Origin: Escherichia phage vB-Eco-KMB22
Strand: one strand, 5' to 3'
Sequence record: OR539217.1
DNA: 64,000 bases
Shown here piece by piece: positions 31,832 to 44,421 of the stretch. Under the pieces are notes generated by a model. That model made no database searches and was not told the DNA's origin. It was given only the letters and a program-made list of their open reading frames with translations. Position numbers and translations under genes: made by a program. Numbering within the stretch: the stretch's first letter is position 1; every line of letters begins with the position of its first letter.

Positions 31832-32328
31832 AAAGTTTTAATAACCTCTATAATATCGTCTTGAGAAAGACCGTTAATTAAAATATGATGTTCAGCCGGA
31901 GATTTAGAAATTTTAAAGCATGCCTCAACATCTTCTGCCATATCCGATGCGCTACGATTTGGATTACTAATTCCAAGACGATGTTTTCCCGTTAAAGGAT
32001 TAACGATGATATAGCATTTACAGTTGTTAATATGAACATTAGGTTGAGTCTGATTAATGAACACATCACAATCATATTTCGCAAGCTGATTTTCTAAAAA
32101 GACTTTCATCTCCTCAACCGCATCAGGAAGCATATCACGGGCTTGCTCAAGACGACGATTTCGATATTCTTTAATGGTCGTTTTCCGCTTGACTTGCTTA
32201 GCTAAATCTTTCTTAAGATCGGTGATATATCCAACTCGACGATTTCCTTTAAATACAGAAATCCCATCTGTAGTATCACCGTATGCTTCAACGACCATTT
32301 CAGTAGTAATAAGCTGTAAATCCATCAT
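31822..32328 (-). CDS. alc: Alc transcription terminator for dC-DNA
   Basis: 168 aa, matches recalled T4 Alc; early promoter 32357-32386. Confidence 0.85.
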   Translation of the reverse strand: MMDLQLITTEMVVEAYGDTTDGISVFKGNRRVGYITDLKKDLAKQVKRKTTIKEYRNRRLEQARDMLPDAVEEMKVFLENQLAKYDCDVFINQTQPNVHINNCKCYIIVNPLTGKHRLGISNPNRSASDMAEDVEACFKISKSPAEHHILINGLSQDDIIEVIKTLCN

Positions 32329-32356
32329 AAAGTCCTCATGTTATGTCAGTAAGACT

Positions 32357-32386
32357 ACTGTAACACAACACGAGGGACTTGTAAAC
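32357..32386 (-). promoter_or_regulatory. early promoter for alc (GTTTACA-17-TACAGT)
   Basis: copy of the 16547-16576 cassette with one substitution in -10. Confidence 0.65.
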
Positions 32387-32389
32387 AGC

Positions 32390-33977
<1,588 letters not shown>

Positions 33978-34004
33978 AATAAAATGGGCCTTGCGGCCCA
34001 CTCC

Positions 34005-35183
34005 TTAAAAATATTTTTTAAAACTCATCATAACTTTATCATCAACGTCATTATCAATCTGTGCTACAAGATAAGATGACAGTTCTACTTCTTGTGGCGC
34101 GGATTGAACATTATCAGAATTAAGATACTCACGAATCCAAGGATATGGATGTTTAACCGGAGCATCGGTAATTGGGCATGGAAGACCACACTGTTTCATA
34201 CGAGATACAGTTAAGTAATCAATAAAGCTCCACATGCTATTTGTATTTAATCCAGGAACATCGCCATCTTTAAATAAATGAACTGCCCAATCTTTTTCTT
34301 GGCGGTTAACTTCCATGAAAATATCAACTGCTTCTTGTTCACACTCTTGAGCAATTTTAACCCATTCATCGCCATCAGTGCCAAGTTGAAGTTGACGAAT
34401 AATATATTGGGTGCCTTTAAGGTGAAGCTGCTCATCACGTGCAATGAACTTCATAATCTTGGCATTACCTTCCATGATTTCCATATTCTTATGGAAGTTA
34501 AAGGTACATGCAAAAGATACATAAAAACGAATAGCTTCTAGGGCATTAATAACGTGCAAACAGAGGTAAAGAGATTTCATTAAAGCACGTTTAGCTTCGG
34601 CTTCTTGTTTAATAGCTCGGTTTAAACGAAAGTCAGCATCAGGAGATTCTTTAGCTAGTTCTACAAATTCTTTAGCATTTTCCCATTCACGGGTTTTAAT
34701 CAGAACATCATCATAATAACGTCCAATTGATTCAGCACGTTTCATAATAGCTTCATCCAATACAATTTCATCAAATACCTTCGATGGATCAGTATAAAGA
34801 TTTCGCATGATATGAGTATATGAACGGCTGTGAATAGTTTCACTAAAAGTCCATGTAGCAACCCATGTATCAAGACTTGGGTCTGAAATTAATGACATAA
34901 GTACAGCAGATGGCGCACGACCCTGAATGCTATCCAAAAGTGATTGATACTTCAAGTTATTAGTAAAAATGTTTTGCTGATACTGAGGAAGCTTATTAAA
35001 CTGTGCAGCATCCATCATTAAGTTTACTTCTTCAGGCCGCCAGAAAAATGATAATTGCTTTTCGGTCAAATCTTCAAAAACTTTATGACGTTGAATATCA
35101 TAACGCGCAATACCAAGACCTGAACCAAAAAACATGGGTTCTTTTAAAACATCAACTGGATTTGTATTAAAAACTGTGCTCAT
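34005..35183 (-). CDS. nrdB: ribonucleotide reductase small subunit, uninterrupted
   Basis: 392 aa continuous; no intron. Confidence 0.9.
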   Translation of the reverse strand: MSTVFNTNPVDVLKEPMFFGSGLGIARYDIQRHKVFEDLTEKQLSFFWRPEEVNLMMDAAQFNKLPQYQQNIFTNNLKYQSLLDSIQGRAPSAVLMSLISDPSLDTWVATWTFSETIHSRSYTHIMRNLYTDPSKVFDEIVLDEAIMKRAESIGRYYDDVLIKTREWENAKEFVELAKESPDADFRLNRAIKQEAEAKRALMKSLYLCLHVINALEAIRFYVSFACTFNFHKNMEIMEGNAKIMKFIARDEQLHLKGTQYIIRQLQLGTDGDEWVKIAQECEQEAVDIFMEVNRQEKDWAVHLFKDGDVPGLNTNSMWSFIDYLTVSRMKQCGLPCPITDAPVKHPYPWIREYLNSDNVQSAPQEVELSSYLVAQIDNDVDDKVMMSFKKYF

Positions 35184-35234
35184 AAATTTTCCACTTAGTT
35201 AATAGTTGGTGACTCGTCCATGAGTCAAATTATA

Positions 35235-37499
35235 TCATAATTTACAGGATGAACAATCTTCAGCTTTTGGAGTTTCTATTTCATAATCATCAGTACCAGA
35301 ACCATCGCGGGTATTATGATAATAGAAATTTTTTCCGCCAAAATACCAAAAATACAAAAGGTCATCAATCATTATTGACATTGGAACCTTTCCTTTTGGA
35401 AAAATCTGCGGGTCATAGTATGTATTCGCCGAAGCTGATTGACAAACCCATTTCAGCATAATAGCTACCTGCGTAAGATAAGGTTTATTACCTTTCTTAG
35501 CTAATTTCCATGTATAATCATAGAGGTCTATGTTATGCTCAATATTGGGCACGACTTGATTAAAGGAACCCTCTTTTGATTCTTTAACAGAGACTGGTCC
35601 ACGTGGAGGCTCGATACCGTTTGTACTGTTAGAAACTTGGGAAGATGACTCACATGGCATAAGTGCTGATAATGTGCTATTACGGATGCCAAAGAGCTTA
35701 AGGTCTTCCCGCAGCGACGACCAGTCACAAACGTATTTTGGAGCTGCGATTTGGTCAATCTTTTTATTGTACCAGTCGATAGGTAATTCGCCTCGAGACC
35801 AACGAGTGTCTGAATAATATTCGCAAGGTCCTTTTTCTTTGGCGAGCTTAATGGATGCTTTAATGAGTCCATACTGTAATCTCTCAAATAGTTCATGTGT
35901 TAAATCGTTAGCATCTTCATAAGAAGCAAAGTTACTTGCCAGCCAAGCTGCATAGTTGGTAACACCTACACCGAGGTTACGACGCTTTTTAGCTTTTTCT
36001 GCTTCAGGAACTGGATATCCTTGGTAATCCAAAAGATTATCAAGAGCACGAACTTGAACTTCTGCCAATTCATTAATTTTATCTTGGTCTTGCCAGTCAA
36101 AATTATCTAGTACGAATGCAGAAAGAGTACACAATCCAATTTCAGCATCAGGGCTATTCACATCATTTGTTGGAATAGCAATTTCACAGCACAAGTTACT
36201 CTGACGAATAGGTGCCTTTTCACGAATAAACGGAGTGTAGTTATTCGTATTATCAATGAACTGCACATAAATCCTTGCTGTTCCTGAACGTTCAGTCATG
36301 AGCAATTCAAATAGTTCACGGGCTTTAATACGCTTTTTGCGAATATTAGGGTCTTTTTCTGCTGCTTCGTATAATTCACGGAAACGGTCTTGGTCTTTAA
36401 AATAAGAATAATAAAGCTCGCCACCCATTTCATGCGGACTGAACAAAGTAATGTAATCGTTCTTTCCGAATCGTTCCATCATCAAATCATTCAGTTGAAC
36501 ACCATAATCCATATGACGAATGCGGTTTTCTTCTACGCCTTTGTTATTTTTCAAAACGAGAAGATTTTCAACTTCCAAATGCCAAATAGGATAATAAGCA
36601 GTAGCAGCGCCGCCACGAATTCCACCCTGTGAACATGATTTAACTGCAGTCTGAAAATGTTTCCAAAAAGGAATAACACCAGTATGACGTACTTCACCCA
36701 TGCCAATCTTAGAACCTTCGGCACGAATCATACCAACGTTAATACCAATTCCAGCACGTTTGGAGATATATTCAACAATCGAAGCGGAAGCCTTATTGAT
36801 AGACTTCAATGAATCACCTGCCTCAATAACAACGCATGAACTAAACTGTCGAGTCGGAGTACGGCAACCAGCCATAATAGGAGTTGGCAATGAAATCTGT
36901 CGAGTAGATACTGCTTCATAAAAACGGATAACATGTTTTAATCTATCAACAGGTTCATCTTGATGCAATGCCATTCCAATAGCCATAAATGCAAACTGTG
37001 GAGTTTCATAAATTTGACCAGTGGTTTTATCTTTAACTAGATATTTTTCTTTTAATTGCATCGCCCCGGAATAAGTAAATTCCATATCCCGTTCGTGCTT
37101 AATTTTTGATTCTAAAAATGTAATTTCTTCTGCTGAATATTTTGACAATAATTCAGGGTCATATTTACCTTCATTTACGCAGTAAGAAATATGGTCAATA
37201 AATGAACGTGGTTCATACTGCCCATAAACATGCTTACGAAGAGCAAACATTAAACAGCGGGCAGCTACATATTGGTAATCAGGCTCTTCAACCGAAATAG
37301 AATTCGCAGCAGCCTTAATGACAATAGTCTGAATATCATCAGTTGTCATTCCATCACGGAGATAAGATTTAATGTTTTCATATAATTCATAAGGATCTAC
37401 TGATGTTCCTTCAGCTGCCCAAGATAAAACTTTAATAATTTTTTGTGGGTCAAAGCTCTGAGAAACACCACTACTTTTGATAACATTAATTAATTGCAT
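35235..37499 (-). CDS. nrdA: ribonucleotide reductase large subunit
   Basis: 754 aa; class Ia RNR catalytic cysteines region. Confidence 0.95.
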   Translation of the reverse strand: MQLINVIKSSGVSQSFDPQKIIKVLSWAAEGTSVDPYELYENIKSYLRDGMTTDDIQTIVIKAAANSISVEEPDYQYVAARCLMFALRKHVYGQYEPRSFIDHISYCVNEGKYDPELLSKYSAEEITFLESKIKHERDMEFTYSGAMQLKEKYLVKDKTTGQIYETPQFAFMAIGMALHQDEPVDRLKHVIRFYEAVSTRQISLPTPIMAGCRTPTRQFSSCVVIEAGDSLKSINKASASIVEYISKRAGIGINVGMIRAEGSKIGMGEVRHTGVIPFWKHFQTAVKSCSQGGIRGGAATAYYPIWHLEVENLLVLKNNKGVEENRIRHMDYGVQLNDLMMERFGKNDYITLFSPHEMGGELYYSYFKDQDRFRELYEAAEKDPNIRKKRIKARELFELLMTERSGTARIYVQFIDNTNNYTPFIREKAPIRQSNLCCEIAIPTNDVNSPDAEIGLCTLSAFVLDNFDWQDQDKINELAEVQVRALDNLLDYQGYPVPEAEKAKKRRNLGVGVTNYAAWLASNFASYEDANDLTHELFERLQYGLIKASIKLAKEKGPCEYYSDTRWSRGELPIDWYNKKIDQIAAPKYVCDWSSLREDLKLFGIRNSTLSALMPCESSSQVSNSTNGIEPPRGPVSVKESKEGSFNQVVPNIEHNIDLYDYTWKLAKKGNKPYLTQVAIMLKWVCQSASANTYYDPQIFPKGKVPMSIMIDDLLYFWYFGGKNFYYHNTRDGSGTDDYEIETPKAEDCSSCKL

Positions 37500-37816
37500 A
37501 AGTCCTCAACTTGAAAATCGTCTTTAAACAATCGGTTAACTATATGAGCTATTATATCACCATGACACGGCTTTGGTTTACATGTGCATCCTAGCCTCAT
37601 TCCACGTAAAGGCTCTAAATGTGCTTTAGTTATTTCTCCGGATTTAATTCGACGTATAAAATCTTTTTTGAATAATTCAATGGCAGCCTCCCGGCTGCCA
37701 GCATCTTTACCGACGTAATTTCCCCAAAATGTACCGCGGTGAATATTAACATCAAAGTCGGATTTATATTTATTCACTACCCGGCATAGACGGCCCACGC
37801 TGGAATAATTCGTCAT
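37490..37816 (-). CDS. hypothetical protein with [11 protein letters not shown] motif (nrdA.1 position)
   Basis: 108-aa ORF, Cys/His cluster. Confidence 0.55.
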   Translation of the reverse strand: MTNYSSVGRLCRVVNKYKSDFDVNIHRGTFWGNYVGKDAGSREAAIELFKKDFIRRIKSGEITKAHLEPLRGMRLGCTCKPKPCHGDIIAHIVNRLFKDDFQVEDLCN

Positions 37817-38033
37817 ATTGTTTTTCCGTTAATACAGTAATATCATAGTAACAATCGGAAGAAGTTTTAACTGTGGAAATTTTATTATCAAAATACTCAC
37901 GAGTCATTTTATGAGTATAATATTTTTTACCATAAATGATAATAGGCTGTTCTGGTCCTGGAACTTCTAACTCGCTTGGGTTAGGAAGTGTAAAAAGAAC
38001 AACGCCAGAAGTATCTTTAAATCGTAAAATCAT
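37770..38033 (-). CDS. hypothetical protein (nrdA.2 position)
   Basis: 87-aa ORF. Confidence 0.5.
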   Translation of the reverse strand: MILRFKDTSGVVLFTLPNPSELEVPGPEQPIIIYGKKYYTHKMTREYFDNKISTVKTSSDCYYDITVLTEKQYDELFQRGPSMPGSE

Positions 38034-38890
38034 ATTGCCATTTTCCCTTTAATTGCTGGATGCGATTCATAATTTTCAAGGATAAAATCTTTCGGTTTCA
38101 TGTATTCAGTTAACCAGTAAAGCTGTGTTTCGGTGTCACAATTTCCAAACTCTATAGGCCAATCAATTTTAAGTTCACATAGTTCTTTAGGCTCACGACG
38201 TAAAATTTCTTTACATTGCTCAGTATGATTCATATAGATGTGAGTATTACCACCAGAAAATATCAAATCTCCTGGGATAAGATTACACATCTTAGCCACA
38301 ATATGTGTCAAGGCAGCGTACGAGGCAATGTTGAATGGCAATCCCAAGAAAACATCTACACTTCTTTGGTACCATTGTAAATCAAGATAACCATTACGCA
38401 CATTAAACTGATAGAACATATGACAGGGCGGTAATGCCATTTGATTGATTTCAGCTGGATTCCATGCTGAAACGATTTGACGTCGATCAGTTGGTAATTT
38501 TTTAATACGATCAATAGTTTCAACTAATTGATCCACACCACCGAAATCACGCCATTGTTTACCGTATATAGGACCAAGTTCACCACTATGATATCCTAGG
38601 TCTTTAGCCTGGTTTTCATAGTTATCGTCCCAAATAGTTTTACCTTGAATAAGACTACCATGAGTGCGAAGACGTAAATCATTAACATTGGTAGAACCGG
38701 AAATAAACCATAGAAGCTCAGCAATGCATGCATTCCAGGCGAGCTTCTTAGTTGTTACTGCAGGAAAACCTTTAGTTAAATCCCAACGCAATTTAGTACC
38801 GAACAAAGCAATTGTTCCTGTGCCTGTTCGGTCATCGGTTTCATAACCATTTTCAAAAATGTCTTTAATTAAATCTTGGTATTGTTTCAT
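38030..38890 (-). CDS. td: thymidylate synthase, intron-less
   Basis: 286 aa continuous ORF; catalytic PPCH motif; no group I intron. Confidence 0.95.
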   Translation of the reverse strand: MKQYQDLIKDIFENGYETDDRTGTGTIALFGTKLRWDLTKGFPAVTTKKLAWNACIAELLWFISGSTNVNDLRLRTHGSLIQGKTIWDDNYENQAKDLGYHSGELGPIYGKQWRDFGGVDQLVETIDRIKKLPTDRRQIVSAWNPAEINQMALPPCHMFYQFNVRNGYLDLQWYQRSVDVFLGLPFNIASYAALTHIVAKMCNLIPGDLIFSGGNTHIYMNHTEQCKEILRREPKELCELKIDWPIEFGNCDTETQLYWLTEYMKPKDFILENYESHPAIKGKMAI

Positions 38891-38934
38891 TTAGTACCTT
38901 ATATAAATTATAATACATTTTATGAAGCTAATAA

Positions 38935-39282
38935 TCAATACGGTTTAGCATCAAATTTTCTTTCAATTTCAGGCGTAAAATACAATTCTTTACCACGCTT
39001 GGAAAAGCGACCAATAATATGATAATTATTCTCATCAAACGTGATATTGCCGATATCCATAGCTTTCAACCAAATATCGATATTTCTGTCAAGCTTTATA
39101 TCAAAATTCCAATATGGAGAACTATTACCAAAAATACTACAAGCGGATTCAGTGAAACAACTGCTATAAATCTTGTCTTTAGGAACTACTAATTGATAGA
39201 CACCTTTAATAAACTGAGGACCCTGCCATTTTGGTTGTTTCGCGTCTTTTTCTAATAGAATAGGGTAATAATTAAAATTCAT
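38935..39282 (-). CDS. hypothetical protein inserted between frd and td
   Basis: 115-aa ORF, no recognisable motif. Confidence 0.55.
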   Translation of the reverse strand: MNFNYYPILLEKDAKQPKWQGPQFIKGVYQLVVPKDKIYSSCFTESACSIFGNSSPYWNFDIKLDRNIDIWLKAMDIGNITFDENNYHIIGRFSKRGKELYFTPEIERKFDAKPY

Positions 39283-39301
39283 ATTTTCCGCCAGTGTTAT
39301 T

Positions 39302-40128
<827 letters not shown>

Positions 40129-40139
40129 ATTATCTCCTA

Positions 40140-40472
40140 TTAAAAAGGATCAGGAACATATCCGCTAGCTTTAATCATTTTAATTAACGTTAACATTCCT
40201 TTGTTAACTGCTCGTGAGATTTCATCAAAAACTTCATCACTAAAAAGTTCTAACACGCCCTTCTGAACTTTTAATTTACAGCCAACAATTTCTTCATCGC
40301 CTATAGTAAATTCATTACCACCAATTCCACCGAAAAACTTAATTACACCAGTTAACTGTCTTCCACGAGAATATGGGTCGTGTGATAAAGTAATATGAGT
40401 CACCCCGGGTACAGTTTTAAATTGGCAGCGAATATTTACTTGTGAAATTCCAGTTACATGAATGTCAGACAT
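40140..40472 (-). CDS. hypothetical protein (frd.x)
   Basis: 110-aa ORF. Confidence 0.5.
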   Translation of the reverse strand: MSDIHVTGISQVNIRCQFKTVPGVTHITLSHDPYSRGRQLTGVIKFFGGIGGNEFTIGDEEIVGCKLKVQKGVLELFSDEVFDEISRAVNKGMLTLIKMIKASGYVPDPF

Positions 40473-40482
40473 AATATTTTCC

Positions 40483-40725
40483 TCAAATAGACTTTTTCAC
40501 AATTTTCCAATCAGCTTTAAACTGCTCGACGTCAGAATGGTAAATCCAGAATCCTGCGCTTTCTCCGTCTTCATAAAGAGGACATCTATCACATTCATCT
40601 TCCCATCCCATGTCACGTAAAAGATGTTCAGCTTTTTCAACAAGTTCAGAATCTTTACCGATGATATTAAAATACCATTTACCTCTAACTTCTGAATCTT
40701 TGATGCTTTGGCGTTGTAATCTCAT
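40483..40725 (-). CDS. hypothetical protein (frd.x)
   Basis: 80-aa ORF. Confidence 0.5.
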   Translation of the reverse strand: MRLQRQSIKDSEVRGKWYFNIIGKDSELVEKAEHLLRDMGWEDECDRCPLYEDGESAGFWIYHSDVEQFKADWKIVKKSI

Positions 40726-40782
40726 TTTATTCTCCTCAGTGGTTAATAGGGTAATAGTATCACACTACTACCCTGTTGTAAA

Positions 40783-41163
40783 CTACTTTTTGAAAGTTTT
40801 TCGCAAAAGTTCAATGATTTCGTCTACATTGTTTTCATCTACAATGCAGTGAATTTTTGTTACGCCAGAAACCGGGTCTTTGACTTCATCTTTTTCAGAA
40901 GTCGGTTCTTTATACTCACGAAAACAATGAAATTCGTCTTCGCAAATTTCTAAAAGTCTATCTTTGAGGTAAAAATGCTTTCCATTTGCGCATTCAATGT
41001 GTTTTACTGCTTTATATCCGTTAGCGACGGAAACTTCTTTAACTTCAAACCATCCGCCATTATCTCGAATGGCTTTAACTATTGATGAATTAGAACGTGG
41101 GCTATAATTAATAAATGTATCAATAAGTCTTGGAACAAGTTCATACTTTTTACCAGTATACAT
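40783..41163 (-). CDS. hypothetical protein
   Basis: 126-aa ORF. Confidence 0.5.
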   Translation of the reverse strand: MYTGKKYELVPRLIDTFINYSPRSNSSIVKAIRDNGGWFEVKEVSVANGYKAVKHIECANGKHFYLKDRLLEICEDEFHCFREYKEPTSEKDEVKDPVSGVTKIHCIVDENNVDEIIELLRKTFKK

Positions 41164-41207
41164 TACGGTTTCCTCATTTTAATAGGGGCTTGATAGCCCC
41201 TTGATAA

Positions 41208-41459
41208 TTATTGTTCAATCAGTCCCATGTAAAATTCTGCGTCTTCAGAATCCATGCCATCACAATATTCATTAGCCATAAAGCGGGTGAGGTCTTCAAG
41301 AGGACCTTCAATGACAATAGAAAAATTGCAATAATTGGGATCATCGTGAATACTTGTGATGCTAAGTTCAGGATAACGATTACGAATAATTTCTTCGATA
41401 TATTCAAAATCAACGATGTCAATATCAACTTTAGCCATATTATTTTCCTCTTTAATCAT
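41208..41459 (-). CDS. hypothetical acidic protein
   Basis: 83-aa ORF; early-type promoter 41476-41510. Confidence 0.5.
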   Translation of the reverse strand: MIKEENNMAKVDIDIVDFEYIEEIIRNRYPELSITSIHDDPNYCNFSIVIEGPLEDLTRFMANEYCDGMDSEDAEFYMGLIEQ

Positions 41460-41475
41460 CAGCAGTATTGCTGAT

Positions 41476-41510
41476 AGTTGTATAGTACCATGGAAGAACA
41501 GGGATGTAAA
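41476..41510 (-). promoter_or_regulatory. early-type promoter (ATTTACA-17-TACTAT)
   Basis: shares leader motif with 58453 and 62150 cassettes. Confidence 0.5.
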
Positions 41511-41520
41511 TAGTTTTGTG

Positions 41521-41566
41521 AAAAAAAAAATTTTTTAAAATAAAAAAGGGGACCCTAGAGGTCCCC
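41521..41566 (-). terminator. hairpin plus long U-run after gene 32
   Basis: 7-bp GC stem followed on - strand by >20 T/A-rich run. Confidence 0.8.
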
Positions 41567-41588
41567 AATTAATTAGTAATATAATCTA

Positions 41589-42494
41589 TTAAAGGTCATT
41601 CAAAAGGTCATCCAGGTCCGTGTCATCAGCACTAGATGAACTGCCAGAGCTTGAGCTCATAAAATCATCTTCAGTTTTTGTATTGAAGTCATCAACATTG
41701 AATGCATCCAAATCATCAGCAACTTTATCAGCTTTCTTAGCAGCAGTTGCTGCGGCACCACCCATAGCAGCAGTTCCCATAACTTGACTGAACTTAGTGC
41801 TCAGTTCTTCAAACGATTTGAATTTATCTTTAGAAGTCATTTCAGAAAGGTCAACCATTTGTTCGAACAGTTCTTTCTGGAAAGATTCATCATCAATGTT
41901 TGGAATCGCAGATTGATTCAGGAATTTAGATTCGTCGTAGTTACTAAAACCAGAAACTTGTTTAACTTTCAGTACAAAATTAGCACCTTCCCACGGACAA
42001 GTTACATCAACCGGAGTTTCACCCATTTCAACATCAACCGCAATCATCGCGTTGATTTTATCCCAGATTTTCTTACCGAAACGATATTTAAATACTTTAC
42101 CTTCATTTTCTGGAGCAGCTGGGTCTTTTACAACAAGAATATTAGCCCAGTAAGAAGTTTTACGTTTAACAAGACTGTACTCTTTATTGTCAGTGTTGTA
42201 CAAATCATTTTTACTGATGTACTGACATACTGGGCAAGAATCGTAATCACCGTGGGTAGATGAACATGTTTCAATATACCATTTACCATTTTTCTTGAAA
42301 CCGTGATTTACAAGAATTGCGAATGGTGCTTGTTCATCATTTTTAGACGGAAGAAAACGAATTACTGCTTGACCGTTACCCGCATTGTCGAGTTTCAGTT
42401 TCCACTCGCCTTTATCTTCAGAAGAAAAACCTTTATTGCCATTCAGTTTAGCCATTTGTGCAGCAAGTTCAGCAGTAGATTTACGTTTAAACAT
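41589..42494 (-). CDS. 32: ssDNA-binding protein gp32
   Basis: 301 aa; zinc-finger region and acidic Ser/Asp-rich C-terminus. Confidence 0.95.
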
Positions 42495-42543
42495 TTTATT
42501 TCCTTTTTAATTTAATTAACAGTTGGTGCTATGACACTTTACC

Positions 42544-43176
42544 TCATAGCTGGCATAATTTGCAATACTCTGGGTCTTCGAGAGGTATCCAACCTGAGTT
42601 GAAATACTTTACCATCGATTTAGCAGTTGTATCAGTTATATTTATATTACCTTTAACTCTTCGCCATCCAGGAGTTTTACCGTACAGATTAGAGGATAAT
42701 AATAACACATAATTCTCGTAAGCAATATGAGATAATTTCCAAGACTCTATATTAGCTCGTGATGTTTTCCAAGGTCTAAAATCGTCACGGTTCATATAAT
42801 TAGCCAATCTCATATGCTCTCTAACTTCCGGGTCTTTGGCTGGATGAGTTTCACCACTCACACCAAATCCACCACCAGCATATACCAGATTAAAATAGTC
42901 TGGATTATCTCTGGCATTTACTTCAAGTTGGTATTTTCGTTCTGCTTCAATAACATCCAAGTCATCATCAATTTGAATTATTTTAACGCTCGGTTTTTGA
43001 AGCATTACCGCATTCAAAAATCTTTTTTGTTTACATGAACTCCAGTATTCCTTTCCGGAAGAGTCATATATTATTCCGTTCTCAAATGAGCAATTTAATT
43101 TACTACCGATATAGTAGTATGGCGGAGTCTTATTTTTGATACGGTCTTCAAATGTAAACCAATATACTATATTCAT
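42544..43176 (-). CDS. segG: GIY-YIG homing endonuclease (SegG-like)
   Basis: 210 aa; N-terminal IVYWFTF...PYYYIGS GIY-YIG motif; located between 32 and 59. Confidence 0.65.
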   Translation of the reverse strand: MNIVYWFTFEDRIKNKTPPYYYIGSKLNCSFENGIIYDSSGKEYWSSCKQKRFLNAVMLQKPSVKIIQIDDDLDVIEAERKYQLEVNARDNPDYFNLVYAGGGFGVSGETHPAKDPEVREHMRLANYMNRDDFRPWKTSRANIESWKLSHIAYENYVLLLSSNLYGKTPGWRRVKGNINITDTTAKSMVKYFNSGWIPLEDPEYCKLCQL

Positions 43177-43177
43177 A

Positions 43178-43831
43178 TCAATACTTGCAAGATTTCACAG
43201 TTTCAATGAAAACATTTTTAGCTTTCTGTGAATCAATATTTAAAATTTTTCTATAAGCCTTTAACTTTATAGAATAATTATTCCAGACTAAATTATCAGT
43301 CTGTTCATCATGTTTATCAATTATATTTAAAAATGAATCAAGCAAAATAAACGTCTCAAACGAAATTATGTTCGATTGCAGAAGTTTAAAAATATAACTT
43401 GACTGGACCTTTGGATTATATTCAAAGATTTCTTTAAAAGCAGAAACTTCAACTTTTTTACTAAAATAATAAATGTTGCGAATATCTTCTTCAAACTTAA
43501 ATTTAATTTGCTTTAAGCGTCCGATATATTCACGATAAAACACAAGTGCATCAGCGTCAGAGATGTCACCAATCCAAGCATCTTGGTTAGCAACCAAATT
43601 ACTTATAAAAATTAAAGCAAGTTCCTTTAATTTATATTTTTCTGATAACTTCTGGAAAAAATACTTATCCCTTCGCTTTTGATAAGCGGCATCAGACACC
43701 CGCATGCACCAATTATACTTAATAACATCATACTTTCCATTCATATGTTGTTTTATCATTAAGTATAATTTATAAACTGATTTACCATCAATGTATCTTT
43801 CACCACCAGCAGGCATGCGGAGTTTAATCAT
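43178..43831 (-). CDS. 59: helicase loader gp59
   Basis: 217 aa, position and length. Confidence 0.9.
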   Translation of the reverse strand: MIKLRMPAGGERYIDGKSVYKLYLMIKQHMNGKYDVIKYNWCMRVSDAAYQKRRDKYFFQKLSEKYKLKELALIFISNLVANQDAWIGDISDADALVFYREYIGRLKQIKFKFEEDIRNIYYFSKKVEVSAFKEIFEYNPKVQSSYIFKLLQSNIISFETFILLDSFLNIIDKHDEQTDNLVWNNYSIKLKAYRKILNIDSQKAKNVFIETVKSCKY

Positions 43832-44166
43832 AGTAGAAAATCTAATGTATTAGTTTTTTCACAACGAACAACAGAAGGACGTAAAAGATTTTCGTCAATA
43901 GCTTCTGACTGAATTTTTTCAATTATACCCGAAGGAATAAATTTAGCAAATTGAGTTTCAGGAATAGAATTTTCTTCCAAGAATGCTGTCGTAGCTTCAA
44001 GATAACTCATTCCAAACTCTTCTACCATTTTTTCAATAATAAATCCATTTTCTTGACGATCAAGAAGCTTTGCTATTTCATCCTTTTCTTTCTTAATTGA
44101 AAGTTCTTTTTCTGAAAGACCGGTCTCATCGACCGGACGAATATCATTTAGAGAAAACTGTGTCAT
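43828..44166 (-). CDS. 33: late transcription co-activator gp33
   Basis: 112 aa from MTQFSLND. Confidence 0.85.
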   Translation of the reverse strand: MTQFSLNDIRPVDETGLSEKELSIKKEKDEIAKLLDRQENGFIIEKMVEEFGMSYLEATTAFLEENSIPETQFAKFIPSGIIEKIQSEAIDENLLRPSVVRCEKTNTLDFLL

Positions 44167-44413
44167 AAAGTTCAACTACCTCTTCAGTTTCAGCTTCAAA
44201 CACATCACGGTTATCTTTATGATACAAAGCTAATAGACGATTAAACATCTTACCATCAACGCCAAGTTCATCTTTGGCACGAATTCGAATATCTTTAATC
44301 AGTTCATTATAACCGGAAATTTTCAGTTTATGATCAGATGCTTCTTTAATAAATTTAGCCAAGTCTTCGCCATGGATAGCTTCATCAAATTCAACCATTT
44401 CTTTTTTAGCCAT
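44144..44413 (-). CDS. dsbA: DsbA dsDNA-binding protein
   Basis: 89 aa, position between rnh and 33. Confidence 0.8.
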   Translation of the reverse strand: MAKKEMVEFDEAIHGEDLAKFIKEASDHKLKISGYNELIKDIRIRAKDELGVDGKMFNRLLALYHKDNRDVFEAETEEVVELYDTVFSK

Positions 44414-44421
44414 TATTCACC

